A stretch of 64,000 nt of DNA from Candidatus Pacearchaeota archaeon CG10_big_fil_rev_8_21_14_0_10_34_76. Its GTDB lineage: Archaea; Nanobdellota; Nanobdellia; Pacearchaeales; GW2011-AR1. The notes under the pieces were generated by a model. That model saw only the letters and a list, made by a program, of their open reading frames with translations. It did not search any database and was not told the origin of the DNA. The stretch lies in NCBI GenBank assembly GCA_002763075.1, contig PFDB01000002.1, positions 62,286 to 126,285 of the forward strand, read 5' to 3'. Numbering within the stretch: the stretch's first letter is position 1; the number at the start of each line of letters is the position of its first letter. A program made the translations under genes and the position numbers. Shown here piece by piece: positions 8,891 through 18,447 of the stretch.

Positions 8891-9807
8891 GCAACGATAA
8901 TGTGAGGTTGAAGCCAATTCCTGATGAAAAAGTGGAGTTAGTAAGTGAAGTAGCTGACAAAATTAAAAATGTTAAAACTGTTTTGATTGCATCATGTAGA
9001 GGTCTTCCTAGTTCTCAGTTTCAGAATATTAAAAAGAAACTAAGAGGAAAGGCTGAAATAAAATTCATGAAAAAGAATGCATTTGAAAGAGCAATTGATG
9101 CTACTGAAAAAGGCGCATTAAAAAATTTAAAGAAGGAATTAGAGGCAGATTTTGCAATATTTTTTTCTGATATAGATACATTTGAGCTTTCCGCCTTGCT
9201 AACTGATAGTCAGGTTCCTACTAAGGCAAGGTCTGGAGATATTTCTCCTGAAAATATTGAGATAGAGCCTGGACCAACTGACCTACCCCCTGGACCTGCT
9301 ATTTCAGAACTTGGAAGTGTAGGACTCAAGGTTTCGGTTAAGGAAGGTAAATTAGAGATAATTAAGGGAGCTGTTGTTGCAAGGGAAGGAGAGCCAATAT
9401 CAGAAAAAGTTGCAGGGGTATTGGCAAAGCTAGGAATATTCCCAATGAAGTCTGGATTTATCCCATTAGCAGCATACGATTCTAAAGATGATAAGGTATA
9501 TGTTGGAATTAAGATTGATAAAGAAGGAACATTGAATGAATTTAGATCTTTGATTGGGAAAGCCCTTGGATTTGCAGTTGGAAGAAATTATCCTACAACC
9601 GAGACAATTAGTTTCTTAATAAGTAGGGCTGCAATGGAAGAGAAAGCAATTGGAAGAATTGTAAATGAACATTCATCTGCTGAAACTCCAAAATCAGAAG
9701 AAAAAGAAGAGATTAGTGGTGAGGCAAATGCTGAAGCCCAAAAAGAAGAAACTCCTCAAACTGATACAACTGAAATTCAACAAGACACAAAGGAGGAAAA
9801 TAATTAA
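8887..9807 (+). CDS. rpl10: 50S ribosomal protein L10 (P0)
   Basis: GLPSSQFQNIKKKLRG, GPTDLPPGP domain II. Confidence 0.95.
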   Translation: MSNDNVRLKPIPDEKVELVSEVADKIKNVKTVLIASCRGLPSSQFQNIKKKLRGKAEIKFMKKNAFERAIDATEKGALKNLKKELEADFAIFFSDIDTFELSALLTDSQVPTKARSGDISPENIEIEPGPTDLPPGPAISELGSVGLKVSVKEGKLEIIKGAVVAREGEPISEKVAGVLAKLGIFPMKSGFIPLAAYDSKDDKVYVGIKIDKEGTLNEFRSLIGKALGFAVGRNYPTTETISFLISRAAMEEKAIGRIVNEHSSAETPKSEEKEEISGEANAEAQKEETPQTDTTEIQQDTKEENN

Positions 9808-10091
9808 TGGAATACATATATGCAGCTCTTTTATTACATAAAGTAGGGCAACCTGTGAACGAAGATAACATAAGGAATGTTATTGCTGCCACTGGAGCAC
9901 AAGTAGATGACTCTAAGATAAAGACACTTGTAGCAAGCCTATCTGGCGTAGATATAGCAAAAGAGCTTGAAAATGCAAGCGTAGCTGTTGCTGCACCCGC
10001 TGCTGCTTCTGAAGCACCAAAGGCTGAAGAGCCTAAGGAAGAGAAGAAGGCAGAAGAATCCGCTGCAGGACTAGCATCTCTCTTTGGATAA
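9807..10091 (+). CDS. rpl12: 50S ribosomal protein L12 (P1)
   Basis: MEYIYAALLLH...AGLASLFG. Confidence 0.97.
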   Translation: MEYIYAALLLHKVGQPVNEDNIRNVIAATGAQVDDSKIKTLVASLSGVDIAKELENASVAVAAPAAASEAPKAEEPKEEKKAEESAAGLASLFG

Positions 10092-10212
10092 ACTTATTTT
10101 TTATTTTAATCCAAAGAGCCAATATTTTTTAGCTGTGCTGAGAAATAGAATAGAGATTTTTCTTGGGGCGAGTGTAGAAAAATATATATCTAGTTCTGAT
10201 ATCATATTTTGA

Positions 10213-10659
10213 ATGGATAAAATAAAAGTCAATTCTAATGCGGTTATAACAAATTCTGAAGGGAAATTTCTTCTTATAAAATTGAAGGTAGGTCATTTTA
10301 AGGGAGGGTTATGCATTCCGGGAGGGGGTGTGATTCCGGGAGAGTTATCACATGAGGCTGCTGCAAGAGAAGTGCTTGAAGAAACTGGAATAAAAGTTGA
10401 GAGCACATTCATCCCATTTGGATTTTGTGAACTTATGAATGACCAAATAAACCAACATAAAATTGTTATGCTTTTGCATGCTAATGCTGAAGGCATTCCT
10501 CAGGAAACAGAGGAAGGAGAAGCCGGATGGTATAGTTATGAAGAAGCAGAGGGGAATATGCTTGCCTTTGCAAAAGAGGCAATAAGAATATGGAGAAAAA
10601 ATCAGGTGCACTTCAAACTTAGTGGTAGTGAGGTTGATTTGAGAAGAGTTGAGCTCTGA
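10213..10659 (+). CDS. Nudix hydrolase
   Basis: Nudix box GGVIPGELSHEAAAREVLEETG. Confidence 0.9.
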   Translation: MDKIKVNSNAVITNSEGKFLLIKLKVGHFKGGLCIPGGGVIPGELSHEAAAREVLEETGIKVESTFIPFGFCELMNDQINQHKIVMLLHANAEGIPQETEEGEAGWYSYEEAEGNMLAFAKEAIRIWRKNQVHFKLSGSEVDLRRVEL

Positions 10660-10711
10660 GAGAATCAATTAACCTTAAAGCTTAAAAGCACTAAGATTCC
10701 TATAGAATTAA

Positions 10712-10793
10712 GCCGACGTGGGACAATGGTACTCCGCTGGTCTTGAGAACCAGTTTCCTTCGGGATTTCCCGGTTCGATTCCGGGCGTCGGCG
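10712..10793 (+). tRNA. tRNA-Ser(TGA), long variable arm, CCA not encoded
   Basis: GCCGACG/CGTCGGC acceptor stem, CTGGT-CT-TGA-GA-ACCAG anticodon arm, CCCGG-TTCGATT-CCGGG T arm, discriminator G. Confidence 0.93.
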
Positions 10794-10857
10794 TTTAAGG
10801 AATCGAACGCACACGCAGATAAGAAATCCGCGGTGCCCTCACACTTGAGTGTTACGG

Positions 10858-10877
10858 GATTCCGGGCGTCGGCGTTT
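10858..10877 (+). repeat. Exact 20-bp copy of the tRNA-Ser 3' end (att-like)
   Basis: GATTCCGGGCGTCGGCGTTT identical to 10777-10796. Confidence 0.9.
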
Positions 10878-10927
10878 TGATCATGCGAAGCTTGGTCCGG
10901 GCGTAAAGCTAAAACGAAAAGTTTAAA

Positions 10928-10943
10928 TAAGTGATATCACTTA
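10928..10943. promoter_or_regulatory. Palindromic operator of TA module 1
   Basis: Perfect palindrome TAAGTGATATCACTTA between TATA (10922-10929) and ATG 10951. Confidence 0.7.
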
Positions 10944-10950
10944 ATCTATC

Positions 10951-11181
10951 ATGACTAACATAACTCTTTCAATAGATGATGAAGTGTATAAAAAAATGCG
11001 TAGATATTCAGAAGTAAGATGGAGTGATTTTGTCAGAAGAATGATAAAAAAAAGAGTTAACGAATTGGAGTCTCTAGATAAAAACAAAGATAAAGAGAGT
11101 ATTCTCACAATGTTAGCTTCAGAAGAAGTTTTGAATAAAGATTGGGATAACCAAGAGGATGAGGCCTGGAACAATGTATGA
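10951..11181 (+). CDS. Antitoxin, RHH/CopG-like
   Basis: MTNITLSIDDEVYKKM...WSDFVR RHH; acidic C-terminus ASEEVLNKDWDNQEDEAW; overlaps downstream toxin. Confidence 0.8.
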   Translation: MTNITLSIDDEVYKKMRRYSEVRWSDFVRRMIKKRVNELESLDKNKDKESILTMLASEEVLNKDWDNQEDEAWNNV

Positions 11182-11515
11182 TCAAGGAGAGGTTGTTCTA
11201 ATTCCATTTCCATATTCAGATTTAAGTGAGAATAAAAAAAGACCTGCTCTGATAATTTCTAACGGATTAATTAATCAATCGGAAGATAGAATTTGTTGCT
11301 TAATCACAAGAAATTTTAGGAAGGGAGATCTGCCCATTAAAACAAATAACTTCCAAACTGGCAAACTACCATTCAAGAGCTTTGTTAGACCTCAAAGAAT
11401 CTTCACCATACATAATGCAATAATCAAGAAGAAACTTTGTAAAATAAATGGAGAGTTTCATAGAGAAGTTATTAGCAAACTCAATGAATATATAGAACTA
11501 AATGAGAATAACTAA
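11174..11515 (+). CDS. PemK/MazF-family endoribonuclease toxin
   Basis: QGEVVLIPFPYSD...KKRPALIISN; start moved to ATG 11174. Confidence 0.9.
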   Translation: MYDQGEVVLIPFPYSDLSENKKRPALIISNGLINQSEDRICCLITRNFRKGDLPIKTNNFQTGKLPFKSFVRPQRIFTIHNAIIKKKLCKINGEFHREVISKLNEYIELNENN

Positions 11516-11654
11516 CAAAACCCATAAAAAATTGGCATACCAACTGAGACACTTTTTTTGAGCTTGGTCTGGAGGTAATCCAATAATATTTATCTTACTT
11601 TTTAGTAGTAACTAATCAGAAAGATTTAAAAATGAAAGATTTCTATTTTTTATT

Positions 11655-12182
11655 ATGGAAGAACCTGTAGAAAAACCTAAAGAGAAGAGAGGAAGAGAAA
11701 GTTTAGTTGATACTCTAGGCCTTGTTAGTTATTCACTGGTTGTTGGAGCTGGAATGGACTATTCCGCCGGTTTAAGAGGTTTTGGAATTTTAGCTTCGAG
11801 AGCCTATGGGACTGCAATTAACTTTCCAACCGGAGCCCCATATGGGAAGTGGAGAAACTTTGTTTATAAAAAAGGTAAGACTACTGATAAGAGTTCTAGG
11901 TTTAGAAAGGGTGTAACGGAGCTAGTAGCATTTAATACATTTCAAGTGCCTTTGTATGCTACGGTTATTGCGGTTGGAAGTTTAGCATCTAATTTGGCAT
12001 CTAATGGTGAACTTAAAGTAGACATGGAGAACGTTCTCTCTGGAGCGAAGCATTTAGCAATGGTCTCACCCCTCATTGGTCCAACATTGGGATGGTATAC
12101 GGAAGGTTTGAGAAAATTATTTGGATTGAAATCAGCACCGAGAAAGGCAAGAGAAAGTTTAGAGAGTACATTGCAAAATTAG
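11655..12182 (+). CDS. AlaE-like (L-alanine exporter family) membrane protein
   Basis: VDT..LVSYS, SR..G..IN...G.PYG.WR, AFNTFQVPLYA match recalled AlaE/YgaW motifs. Confidence 0.6.
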   Translation: MEEPVEKPKEKRGRESLVDTLGLVSYSLVVGAGMDYSAGLRGFGILASRAYGTAINFPTGAPYGKWRNFVYKKGKTTDKSSRFRKGVTELVAFNTFQVPLYATVIAVGSLASNLASNGELKVDMENVLSGAKHLAMVSPLIGPTLGWYTEGLRKLFGLKSAPRKARESLESTLQN

Positions 12183-12333
12183 GAGAATTAGATTTTGATT
12201 ATTCCTACGTTTTTTATTTACCTTTCCACATAGTAGTTGACGATGCTTAAAAATCCTTATTGTTTAGAAAATGTTGTATAAAACTTGTAGATAATCCTTC
12301 TCTGAAATACTGAAACAGAAATCTATATAAATA

Positions 12334-12353
12334 AGTAATACCTGCGTATTACT
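12334..12353. promoter_or_regulatory. Inverted-repeat operator of TA module 2
   Basis: AGTAATAC-CTGC-GTATTACT immediately 5' of ATG 12354. Confidence 0.7.
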
Positions 12354-12581
12354 ATGAAAACAATAAGCATAAAGCTACCTGAAAATGAAGCAAAAGAACT
12401 GGATGATTTCCTGAAGAAGCGTAATTACTTGTCAAAATCTGAATTTATAAGACACCTGATTTTAGAAAAACTTGAAAGCCACAAAAAGGAAAAATATGGC
12501 TGGCTTGTTATAGCTGAAAAATCGATGAATAAACTTTGGGATAACAAAAAAGACAGTGAAGTTTGGAGCAAGTACTTATGA
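12354..12581 (+). CDS. Antitoxin, RHH/CopG-like
   Basis: MKTISIKLPE...SKSEFIRHLI RHH; C-terminus AEKSMNKLWDNKKDSEVW. Confidence 0.85.
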   Translation: MKTISIKLPENEAKELDDFLKKRNYLSKSEFIRHLILEKLESHKKEKYGWLVIAEKSMNKLWDNKKDSEVWSKYL

Positions 12582-12913
12582 TTGAACAGAGAGACTTGCT
12601 ACTCGTGCCTTTCCCTTTCTCTGACCAATCTGGAAGAAAGGTGAGACCTGTTGTTGTAATAAGTAATAATTCATTTAACGGTCATTCGCAAGACGTCATT
12701 GTTTCTGGGGTAACTTCTAACGTGAAAAAAGAAAGATATTCTATAAATCTCACCAATAAAAATCTGGAACAGGGCAAACTTATGACTAATTGTATGATTA
12801 AAGTTGAGAATATTCTAAGACTCGAAAAAGAACTTGTAATAAAGAAGATAGGAAAAATAGACACTGAAAAGTTTATCGAAATGCAATCTGTGCTTGATAA
12901 AATTTTAAGATAA
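12578..12913 (+). CDS. PemK/MazF-family endoribonuclease toxin
   Basis: QRDLLLVPFPFSD...KVRPVVVISN; ATGA overlap with antitoxin. Confidence 0.9.
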   Translation: MIEQRDLLLVPFPFSDQSGRKVRPVVVISNNSFNGHSQDVIVSGVTSNVKKERYSINLTNKNLEQGKLMTNCMIKVENILRLEKELVIKKIGKIDTEKFIEMQSVLDKILR

Positions 12914-12977
12914 CTATATTCTAAAAGATGCTAGTTATCTCGATAATCCTTAAATATTTCACATTTCTGAATAAGTC

Positions 12978-13484
12978 ATGCAGGATCCAGAGAAAGCACA
13001 TTATGTTGTTGCGACGGGAATAATTGTAAAAGATGGCAAGTTCTTAATTGCTAAAAGATCTGAGAAAGAGAAAAGATGGCCTGGGAGATGGACTGTTCCT
13101 GGAGGGAAGCTTGAAAAGAAAGATTATGTTAACAGGAAAACAGACACTCCTGGAGGACAATGGTATAATGTTTTTGAAGATTTACTAAGAAGAGAAGTAA
13201 TGGAAGAGGTTGGGATTGAAATAAAGAACATAAAATATTTGACTAGTTTAAGTTTCCTAAGGGAGGATGGAATTCCTACGATTGTCATAAGCTTGTTTGC
13301 AGATTATGATTCTGGAGAAATAACCCTGAATGATGAACTTACTGAATACTGCTGGGTGAGCTTAGATGAAGCAAGAGATTATGATTTAATAGATGGGATT
13401 TATGAAGAGCTGGAAATGCTTGATAAGCATTTGAAAGGAGAACATATTGGAGAATGGAAATCTGGGACAAAGGTTAAGTCTTGA
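12978..13484 (+). CDS. Nudix hydrolase
   Basis: WTVPGGKLE...(insert)...RREVMEEVG. Confidence 0.88.
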   Translation: MQDPEKAHYVVATGIIVKDGKFLIAKRSEKEKRWPGRWTVPGGKLEKKDYVNRKTDTPGGQWYNVFEDLLRREVMEEVGIEIKNIKYLTSLSFLREDGIPTIVISLFADYDSGEITLNDELTEYCWVSLDEARDYDLIDGIYEELEMLDKHLKGEHIGEWKSGTKVKS

Positions 13485-13764
13485 ATAATCTTTTCCAGAA
13501 AGTTTTTGTCCTTGTTTTTTCTAATTCTTCTGTTGTAGGAAATGAGCCTATTCTTTCGTATTTTATCTCAGGTTTTGTTTTAAGAACTGGCGCCTTGTGG
13601 GCCATTTCTTCTTCGAGCTTTTTCATAGCTTTTTCTATCTCAAATTTAGAATGACCTTGATTGATTAATGCCCACTTCAGTGATTCAGCTGTGTACCCCT
13701 TCCTTAGATTCTTACGGATATATTCAATTACTTGTCTATTGTAGTCTAAACCTCTGGGATTCAT
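13474..13764 (-). CDS. Hypothetical protein
   Basis: YIRKNLRKGYTAESLKWALINQGHSKFEIEKA small helical domain. Confidence 0.65.
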   Translation of the reverse strand: MNPRGLDYNRQVIEYIRKNLRKGYTAESLKWALINQGHSKFEIEKAMKKLEEEMAHKAPVLKTKPEIKYERIGSFPTTEELEKTRTKTFWKRLFKT

Positions 13765-13814
13765 GATTTCAAGAGAAATATAAAATATATAAAAATAATT
13801 GTTTTGTTATGATA

Positions 13815-14840
13815 CTAAGCAAACATGTCTGAAAGTGTTTTATTCTTATATGCTTCTATAAACAATATCACGTAGGATAGAATGAGCGGACCTAAGATGA
13901 GACCTAGTATTCCAAAGACAAATAGCCCTCCAATCATACCTATTAAGACTACAACAGAAGAAGATTTAGTCTTCCTTGCTACTATGTAAGGTCTTAAGAA
14001 ATTATCTATGGATGAGACAACAACTGCGCTGTATATTGCAAAGATGATTGCTGCAGTAGTATTTCCTATAGAAAGCAGATATATTGCTGCTGGAACCCAG
14101 ATAAGCCAAGGACCTATTATTGGGATGATGGATGCGCCTGTTGCAAAGAGTGTTAAGAGAAGCGCATTTGGAACCCCTGCGACAAGAAGTCCTATTCCAG
14201 TTGCAACTCCCTGAATTATGCCTATAATAATTTGTCCAAAAATTATTGAAGATGTTAAATCCTTAAACTGCTTTACAAGAATTTTTTCCTTGTCTTTTCT
14301 TAATGGAGATATTCCTGAAACAAATTCCTTTAATTTATCTTGATCACGAAGAGCAAAGAAAAATACAAAGATTACTACAGCGAGGTTTAAGAGAATTGTT
14401 GGTAGTTCTAGGAGAAAATCTGCGAGGGCTGATAACGAAGTATTTGTGATTCCTGCAATGAAATTAATTATTGCGTTTGTGATATCAACCTGGATTCTTG
14501 CCGAATCTATAGGGAAAAATCTTTGGACGAAATTTGCCACGTCTACCCCCTTGAGAGAAGTGAACGCGTCAAATACTTGCTGGATTAGAAGAGGAATCAG
14601 GAACCAAAGTGGGATGATTATAATTAATAATACTAAAAGCCCGACTATGAATGCAGATGTATTCTTTTCCCTCAATACTTTTTTTACCTTAATATATAAT
14701 GGATTGAATGCATATGCTAATATCAATCCTGTAATTATCGAGAGGAGAATGGGTCTTATTACCAAAAAGGCAAGTACTACTAAAGTTAGGATAAATGTAA
14801 TTGCTCCTATACGCCTTACTTCAAGTTGGGTAACACTCAT
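13815..14840 (-). CDS. AI-2E family transporter
   Basis: LAYAFNPLY, IPIIGPWLIWVP, IDNFLRP, GGLFVFGILGLILGP. Confidence 0.92.
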   Translation of the reverse strand: MSVTQLEVRRIGAITFILTLVVLAFLVIRPILLSIITGLILAYAFNPLYIKVKKVLREKNTSAFIVGLLVLLIIIIPLWFLIPLLIQQVFDAFTSLKGVDVANFVQRFFPIDSARIQVDITNAIINFIAGITNTSLSALADFLLELPTILLNLAVVIFVFFFALRDQDKLKEFVSGISPLRKDKEKILVKQFKDLTSSIIFGQIIIGIIQGVATGIGLLVAGVPNALLLTLFATGASIIPIIGPWLIWVPAAIYLLSIGNTTAAIIFAIYSAVVVSSIDNFLRPYIVARKTKSSSVVVLIGMIGGLFVFGILGLILGPLILSYVILFIEAYKNKTLSDMFA

Positions 14841-14931
14841 TTTTAGGAAAAGCCAAACTATTATATAAAGGTTGGGTGGATCTTGATTGGAACTAGTTAA
14901 AATTTATAAACACTTATTTACAAGATAAGGG

Positions 14932-15636
14932 ATGGACTTTTTTATAAAAAAGATTTTTGATGGAAAAACTGACGAACTTATACATCTTCAGTTTCAAAAG
15001 TTTAGTAGAGGAAATTTTAGGAATAGGGCAATGATTAGAGCTAAATTTTCTGCTAAAGGGTTTAATGTATCAACTACTGCAGAATTTGCAAATGAGATTG
15101 TAAGAGCTGTTGCTGAAAGATTAGGAGAGAAATCCACAAATGTTACGGGAATTATTGTTTCTACTAGTGATTTGACTGGCAAGCTTGAGTTTAATGGCAA
15201 GAAACAGTTCATGGGAATTAAACAATATATTATTGATGGGGAAATGAATGGAAATAAAATTATTGAGTTATGTGATAATTTTCCAGAATGCTTTATGGGG
15301 CTCTCTTTTAATGCTGGAGAGACAGAATTAAAAATAAAACCAAAAGCTCCTAAATCCGCGAAACCTTCTACAAAATCTGCAGATGAGCCACAGAAAATTG
15401 ATTTTTGCAAGCTAAAGACAACGGACAGAGACTTGATAATGGCACTTATTTTCGAGACAAGTGATTTCAAAAGTGCTGAGATTTTCCATGATTTTATAAT
15501 TGAAGATATTGACCTTCCAACTGATGCAAAAGATCCTAATGAATTGAGGAGATTAGCTAAACGCAAGGGAAGAATAGTTAGGAGATCTATTATAGACGGC
15601 AAACAGGAAATGAAGGAAATAAAGTTCGTAGCATGA
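14932..15636 (+). CDS. Hypothetical protein upstream of rpl3
   Basis: 234-aa ORF with TATA 21 nt upstream; IHLQFQKFSRG and AKRKGRIVR motifs. Confidence 0.7.
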   Translation: MDFFIKKIFDGKTDELIHLQFQKFSRGNFRNRAMIRAKFSAKGFNVSTTAEFANEIVRAVAERLGEKSTNVTGIIVSTSDLTGKLEFNGKKQFMGIKQYIIDGEMNGNKIIELCDNFPECFMGLSFNAGETELKIKPKAPKSAKPSTKSADEPQKIDFCKLKTTDRDLIMALIFETSDFKSAEIFHDFIIEDIDLPTDAKDPNELRRLAKRKGRIVRRSIIDGKQEMKEIKFVA

Positions 15637-15772
15637 TTCTTTGATGATAGTGTTTCGGCAGCGTTACATTTAAAAACCTAAAAAATCTGTTTTTTGCACA
15701 CGGTTTGGTAGAAAGAATCTAAGATTTAAAAACGGGAAAGTTGCGCCCAGTTGAAAATGGTAGAATTAAGAA

Positions 15773-16723
15773 ATGACAAAAAGAACGAGACCAAGATTTG
15801 GAAGTTTACAATACTGGCCAAGAAAGAGAGCGAGAAAAGCTCTTCCTAGAGTTAACTGGGATAATGTTAGAGGAGCGGGTTCTGCTAATGAAGGATTATT
15901 AGGATTTATAGGCTACAAGGTGGGTATGGCTTCTGCTGTTGTTAAGGATGAAACTGATAAGTCTATGACTAAGGGAAAAAAGATCGTTATACCTGTAACT
16001 ATTCTTGAGGTTCCTAAGATGAAAATATTTTCTGTAAGATTTTATAACAAGGGTAATATAAGCAAAGAAGTTGTTGTCTCCAATGAAAGGATACTCAAGA
16101 AGAAAGTAAAAGTACCGAAAGAAGCTAAAAAATTGGATGGAGATTACAATTATGATGAGATAAGGTTGATAATGTATAGTTCTATGGGAAAAGGAAGATT
16201 CAAGAAATCACCGGACCTTGCAGAGATTGCATTTAATGGGGAGAATGCCCTCGAAAAGGTAAAAACTCTTATTGGAAAAGAAATTTCTGTCTCAGATATC
16301 CTGAAGTGGCAGTTAGTTGATGTTAGAGGGCTAACAAGAGGGAAAGGTCTTCAAGGTCCTGTTAAGAGGTTTGGCATTACATTGAAGGCTCATAAATCTG
16401 AAAAGGGAGTCAGAAGACCTGGAAGTTTAGGTCCATGGCATCCTGCAAGAGTTACATTCCGCGTCCCTATGTCTGGACAGTTAGGGATGTTTTCAAGGAT
16501 AACTCATAATTCAAATGTAATAAAGTTAGGAAATGTTTCGGAAGAAGGCAAGGATATCAACAAAAAAGAAGGATTCAGCAATTATGGAATGGTTAGAGGA
16601 GATTATGTGATTCTTGCAGGAAGTATACAAGGCCCTGTTAAAAGACAAGTAATGTTAACCCCTGCTTCACGGCCGACAAAAAGTCAAGCTAAAAAGAAAC
16701 TGGAGTTGTTGGAGTTAAGATAA
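15773..16723 (+). CDS. rpl3: 50S ribosomal protein L3
   Basis: GSLQYWPRKRA, GYKVGM, GKGLQGPVKRFG, GSLGPWHP. Confidence 0.97.
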   Translation: MTKRTRPRFGSLQYWPRKRARKALPRVNWDNVRGAGSANEGLLGFIGYKVGMASAVVKDETDKSMTKGKKIVIPVTILEVPKMKIFSVRFYNKGNISKEVVVSNERILKKKVKVPKEAKKLDGDYNYDEIRLIMYSSMGKGRFKKSPDLAEIAFNGENALEKVKTLIGKEISVSDILKWQLVDVRGLTRGKGLQGPVKRFGITLKAHKSEKGVRRPGSLGPWHPARVTFRVPMSGQLGMFSRITHNSNVIKLGNVSEEGKDINKKEGFSNYGMVRGDYVILAGSIQGPVKRQVMLTPASRPTKSQAKKKLELLELR

Positions 16724-16724
16724 A

Positions 16725-17501
16725 ATGAAAGCTACATTATATGACATAACTGGAAAGAAGAAGGGAGAAATAGAGATGCCTAAATTGTTTGATAATAGAG
16801 TTAGAGAGGATCTTGTAGGCAAATATTTTGAAGTTGATAAGTTTATCCAGCCTTATTCGCCGGATCCGAGGGGAGGTAGAAAACATTCTGCTTCTGGAAC
16901 AATTAGTCATAAGAGACATGATTGGAAAGGTCATTATGGGAAAGGAATTTCTAGAACACCTAGAAAAACTATGTGGAGAAGAGGGACTCAATTCTTCTGG
17001 GTTGGTGCTGAAGTTTCAAGTACGAGGGGAGGTAGAAGAGCTCATGGACCTAAGGGTATTGGTAAAGAAAAAAAGATTAATTTAAGAGAGATTCAGATAG
17101 CTATGAATTCGGGGTTCGCTGCTAGTGCAAATAAAAACTATATTTTGAGTCGTTATGATAGTTTGAAGGATCTATCTGTACAATTTCCAATTGTCATAGA
17201 ATCAAAATTAGAAAAAGTGAAAACAAAAGAAATCAAGAAGATGCTTAACTTGTTATTTGGAGAAATGGAAAATCTGGTTTTCAAAAATAAAAAAGTAAGG
17301 GCTGGAAAAGGAAAGATAAGAGGTAGAAAATACAAGAGTAATGCGGGATTGCTTCTTGTAACTGGAAATGATGAAGATGTAAAAGTTAATGGTATTGATG
17401 TGAAGAAGTTAGGAGAAGTTAAGATATCTGACCTTTATCCTCTAGGAAGGCTTGTAATTTATACTGAAAAATCATTATCTCAAATGGAGGCAATCAAATG
17501 A
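16725..17501 (+). CDS. rpl4: 50S ribosomal protein L4
   Basis: GKGISRTPR, TRGGRRAH, RAGKGKIRGRKY; operon position. Confidence 0.95.
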   Translation: MKATLYDITGKKKGEIEMPKLFDNRVREDLVGKYFEVDKFIQPYSPDPRGGRKHSASGTISHKRHDWKGHYGKGISRTPRKTMWRRGTQFFWVGAEVSSTRGGRRAHGPKGIGKEKKINLREIQIAMNSGFAASANKNYILSRYDSLKDLSVQFPIVIESKLEKVKTKEIKKMLNLLFGEMENLVFKNKKVRAGKGKIRGRKYKSNAGLLLVTGNDEDVKVNGIDVKKLGEVKISDLYPLGRLVIYTEKSLSQMEAIK

Positions 17502-17746
17502 GATTCATATTAAAACCTGTTACAACAGAAAAGGCAGTTAGAAGGATTGATGTGGAAAATACATTAACTTTTGAGACAGAAAGGCAAGCAAGAAAGGAAG
17601 ATATCCAAAAAGAAGTCGAAAAGTTATTTGATGTTAAAGTGGAAAAAATAAGAACAATGATTAGAGCTAATAAAAAAATTGCTCATGTGAGACTAAACAA
17701 AAAAAATCCTGCAATTGATATTGCAACTAAACTAGGAATGATATAA
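17498..17746 (+). CDS. rpl23: 50S ribosomal protein L23
   Basis: PVTTEKA, NTLTF, AIDIATKLG. Confidence 0.95.
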   Translation: MRFILKPVTTEKAVRRIDVENTLTFETERQARKEDIQKEVEKLFDVKVEKIRTMIRANKKIAHVRLNKKNPAIDIATKLGMI

Positions 17747-17747
17747 A

Positions 17748-18446
17748 ATGGGAAAAAGAATAATATCACAAGCTAGGGGAAAGGGAAGCCATACTTATAG
17801 AGTAAGAAAGAAGGCGTTTATCTACAAGGTAGGTTATCCAGTCATGGAGGGGGAAATTGAAGTTATCAAATTAATACAATCTGCTGCACATTCTGCCCCA
17901 TTGATGAAGCTAAAGGTGGGAAATAAGATATTTTACAATGTTGCGTTTGAAAGTGTATACGAGGGTCAAAGAGTCAAGATTGGAGGATCTGAACCTTCCG
18001 AGGGAAATATTTTATCTTTAAAAGACATTCCTGTTGGGACAAGAATATTTAATATTGAAAGAAATCCTGGAGACGGAGGAAAGATGATAAGAACCGCAGG
18101 AAGCAGTGCAATTGTTAATAAGATATATGAAAACAGCAAAGTTGGAGTCACTATGCCAAATAGAAAGGAAGTAATCTTTAATCAAGGATGCAGGGCAACT
18201 ATTGGGACCATTGCTGGAGAAGGCAGAAAACAAAAACCATTTATGAAGGCAGGAAGAATGTTCTATAAGATGAAATCAAAGGGAAAATTATATCCAAGAG
18301 TCTCTGCTGTGGCTGTTAACGCAATAGACCACCCATTTGGATCTGGAAGAGGAAAGAGAATTAAATCAAAGGTTGCAAAGAGAAATGCTCCTCCTGGAAG
18401 AAAGGTAGGACATATAAGGCCAAGAAAGACAGGAAAGAAGAGATAA
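17748..18446 (+). CDS. rpl2: 50S ribosomal protein L2
   Basis: MGKRIISQARGKG, PGDGGKMIRTAG, NAIDHPFG. Confidence 0.97.
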   Translation: MGKRIISQARGKGSHTYRVRKKAFIYKVGYPVMEGEIEVIKLIQSAAHSAPLMKLKVGNKIFYNVAFESVYEGQRVKIGGSEPSEGNILSLKDIPVGTRIFNIERNPGDGGKMIRTAGSSAIVNKIYENSKVGVTMPNRKEVIFNQGCRATIGTIAGEGRKQKPFMKAGRMFYKMKSKGKLYPRVSAVAVNAIDHPFGSGRGKRIKSKVAKRNAPPGRKVGHIRPRKTGKKR

Positions 18447-18447
18447 A

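Noticed and set aside
10712-10793. Possible selenocysteine or suppressor tRNA because of TGA in the loop and a long variable arm
   Set aside because: TGA is the anticodon itself (reads UCA, Ser); tRNA-Sec would have anticodon TCA and a longer acceptor stem
10777-10906. Possible mini-CRISPR array
   Set aside because: Only two exact copies, identical to the tRNA 3' end, irregular spacing and no cas genes; better explained as att scars
15637-15772. Possible structured leader or uORF upstream of rpl3
   Set aside because: Two TATA-like boxes and an out-of-frame ATG are present, but no convincing stem could be folded by eye
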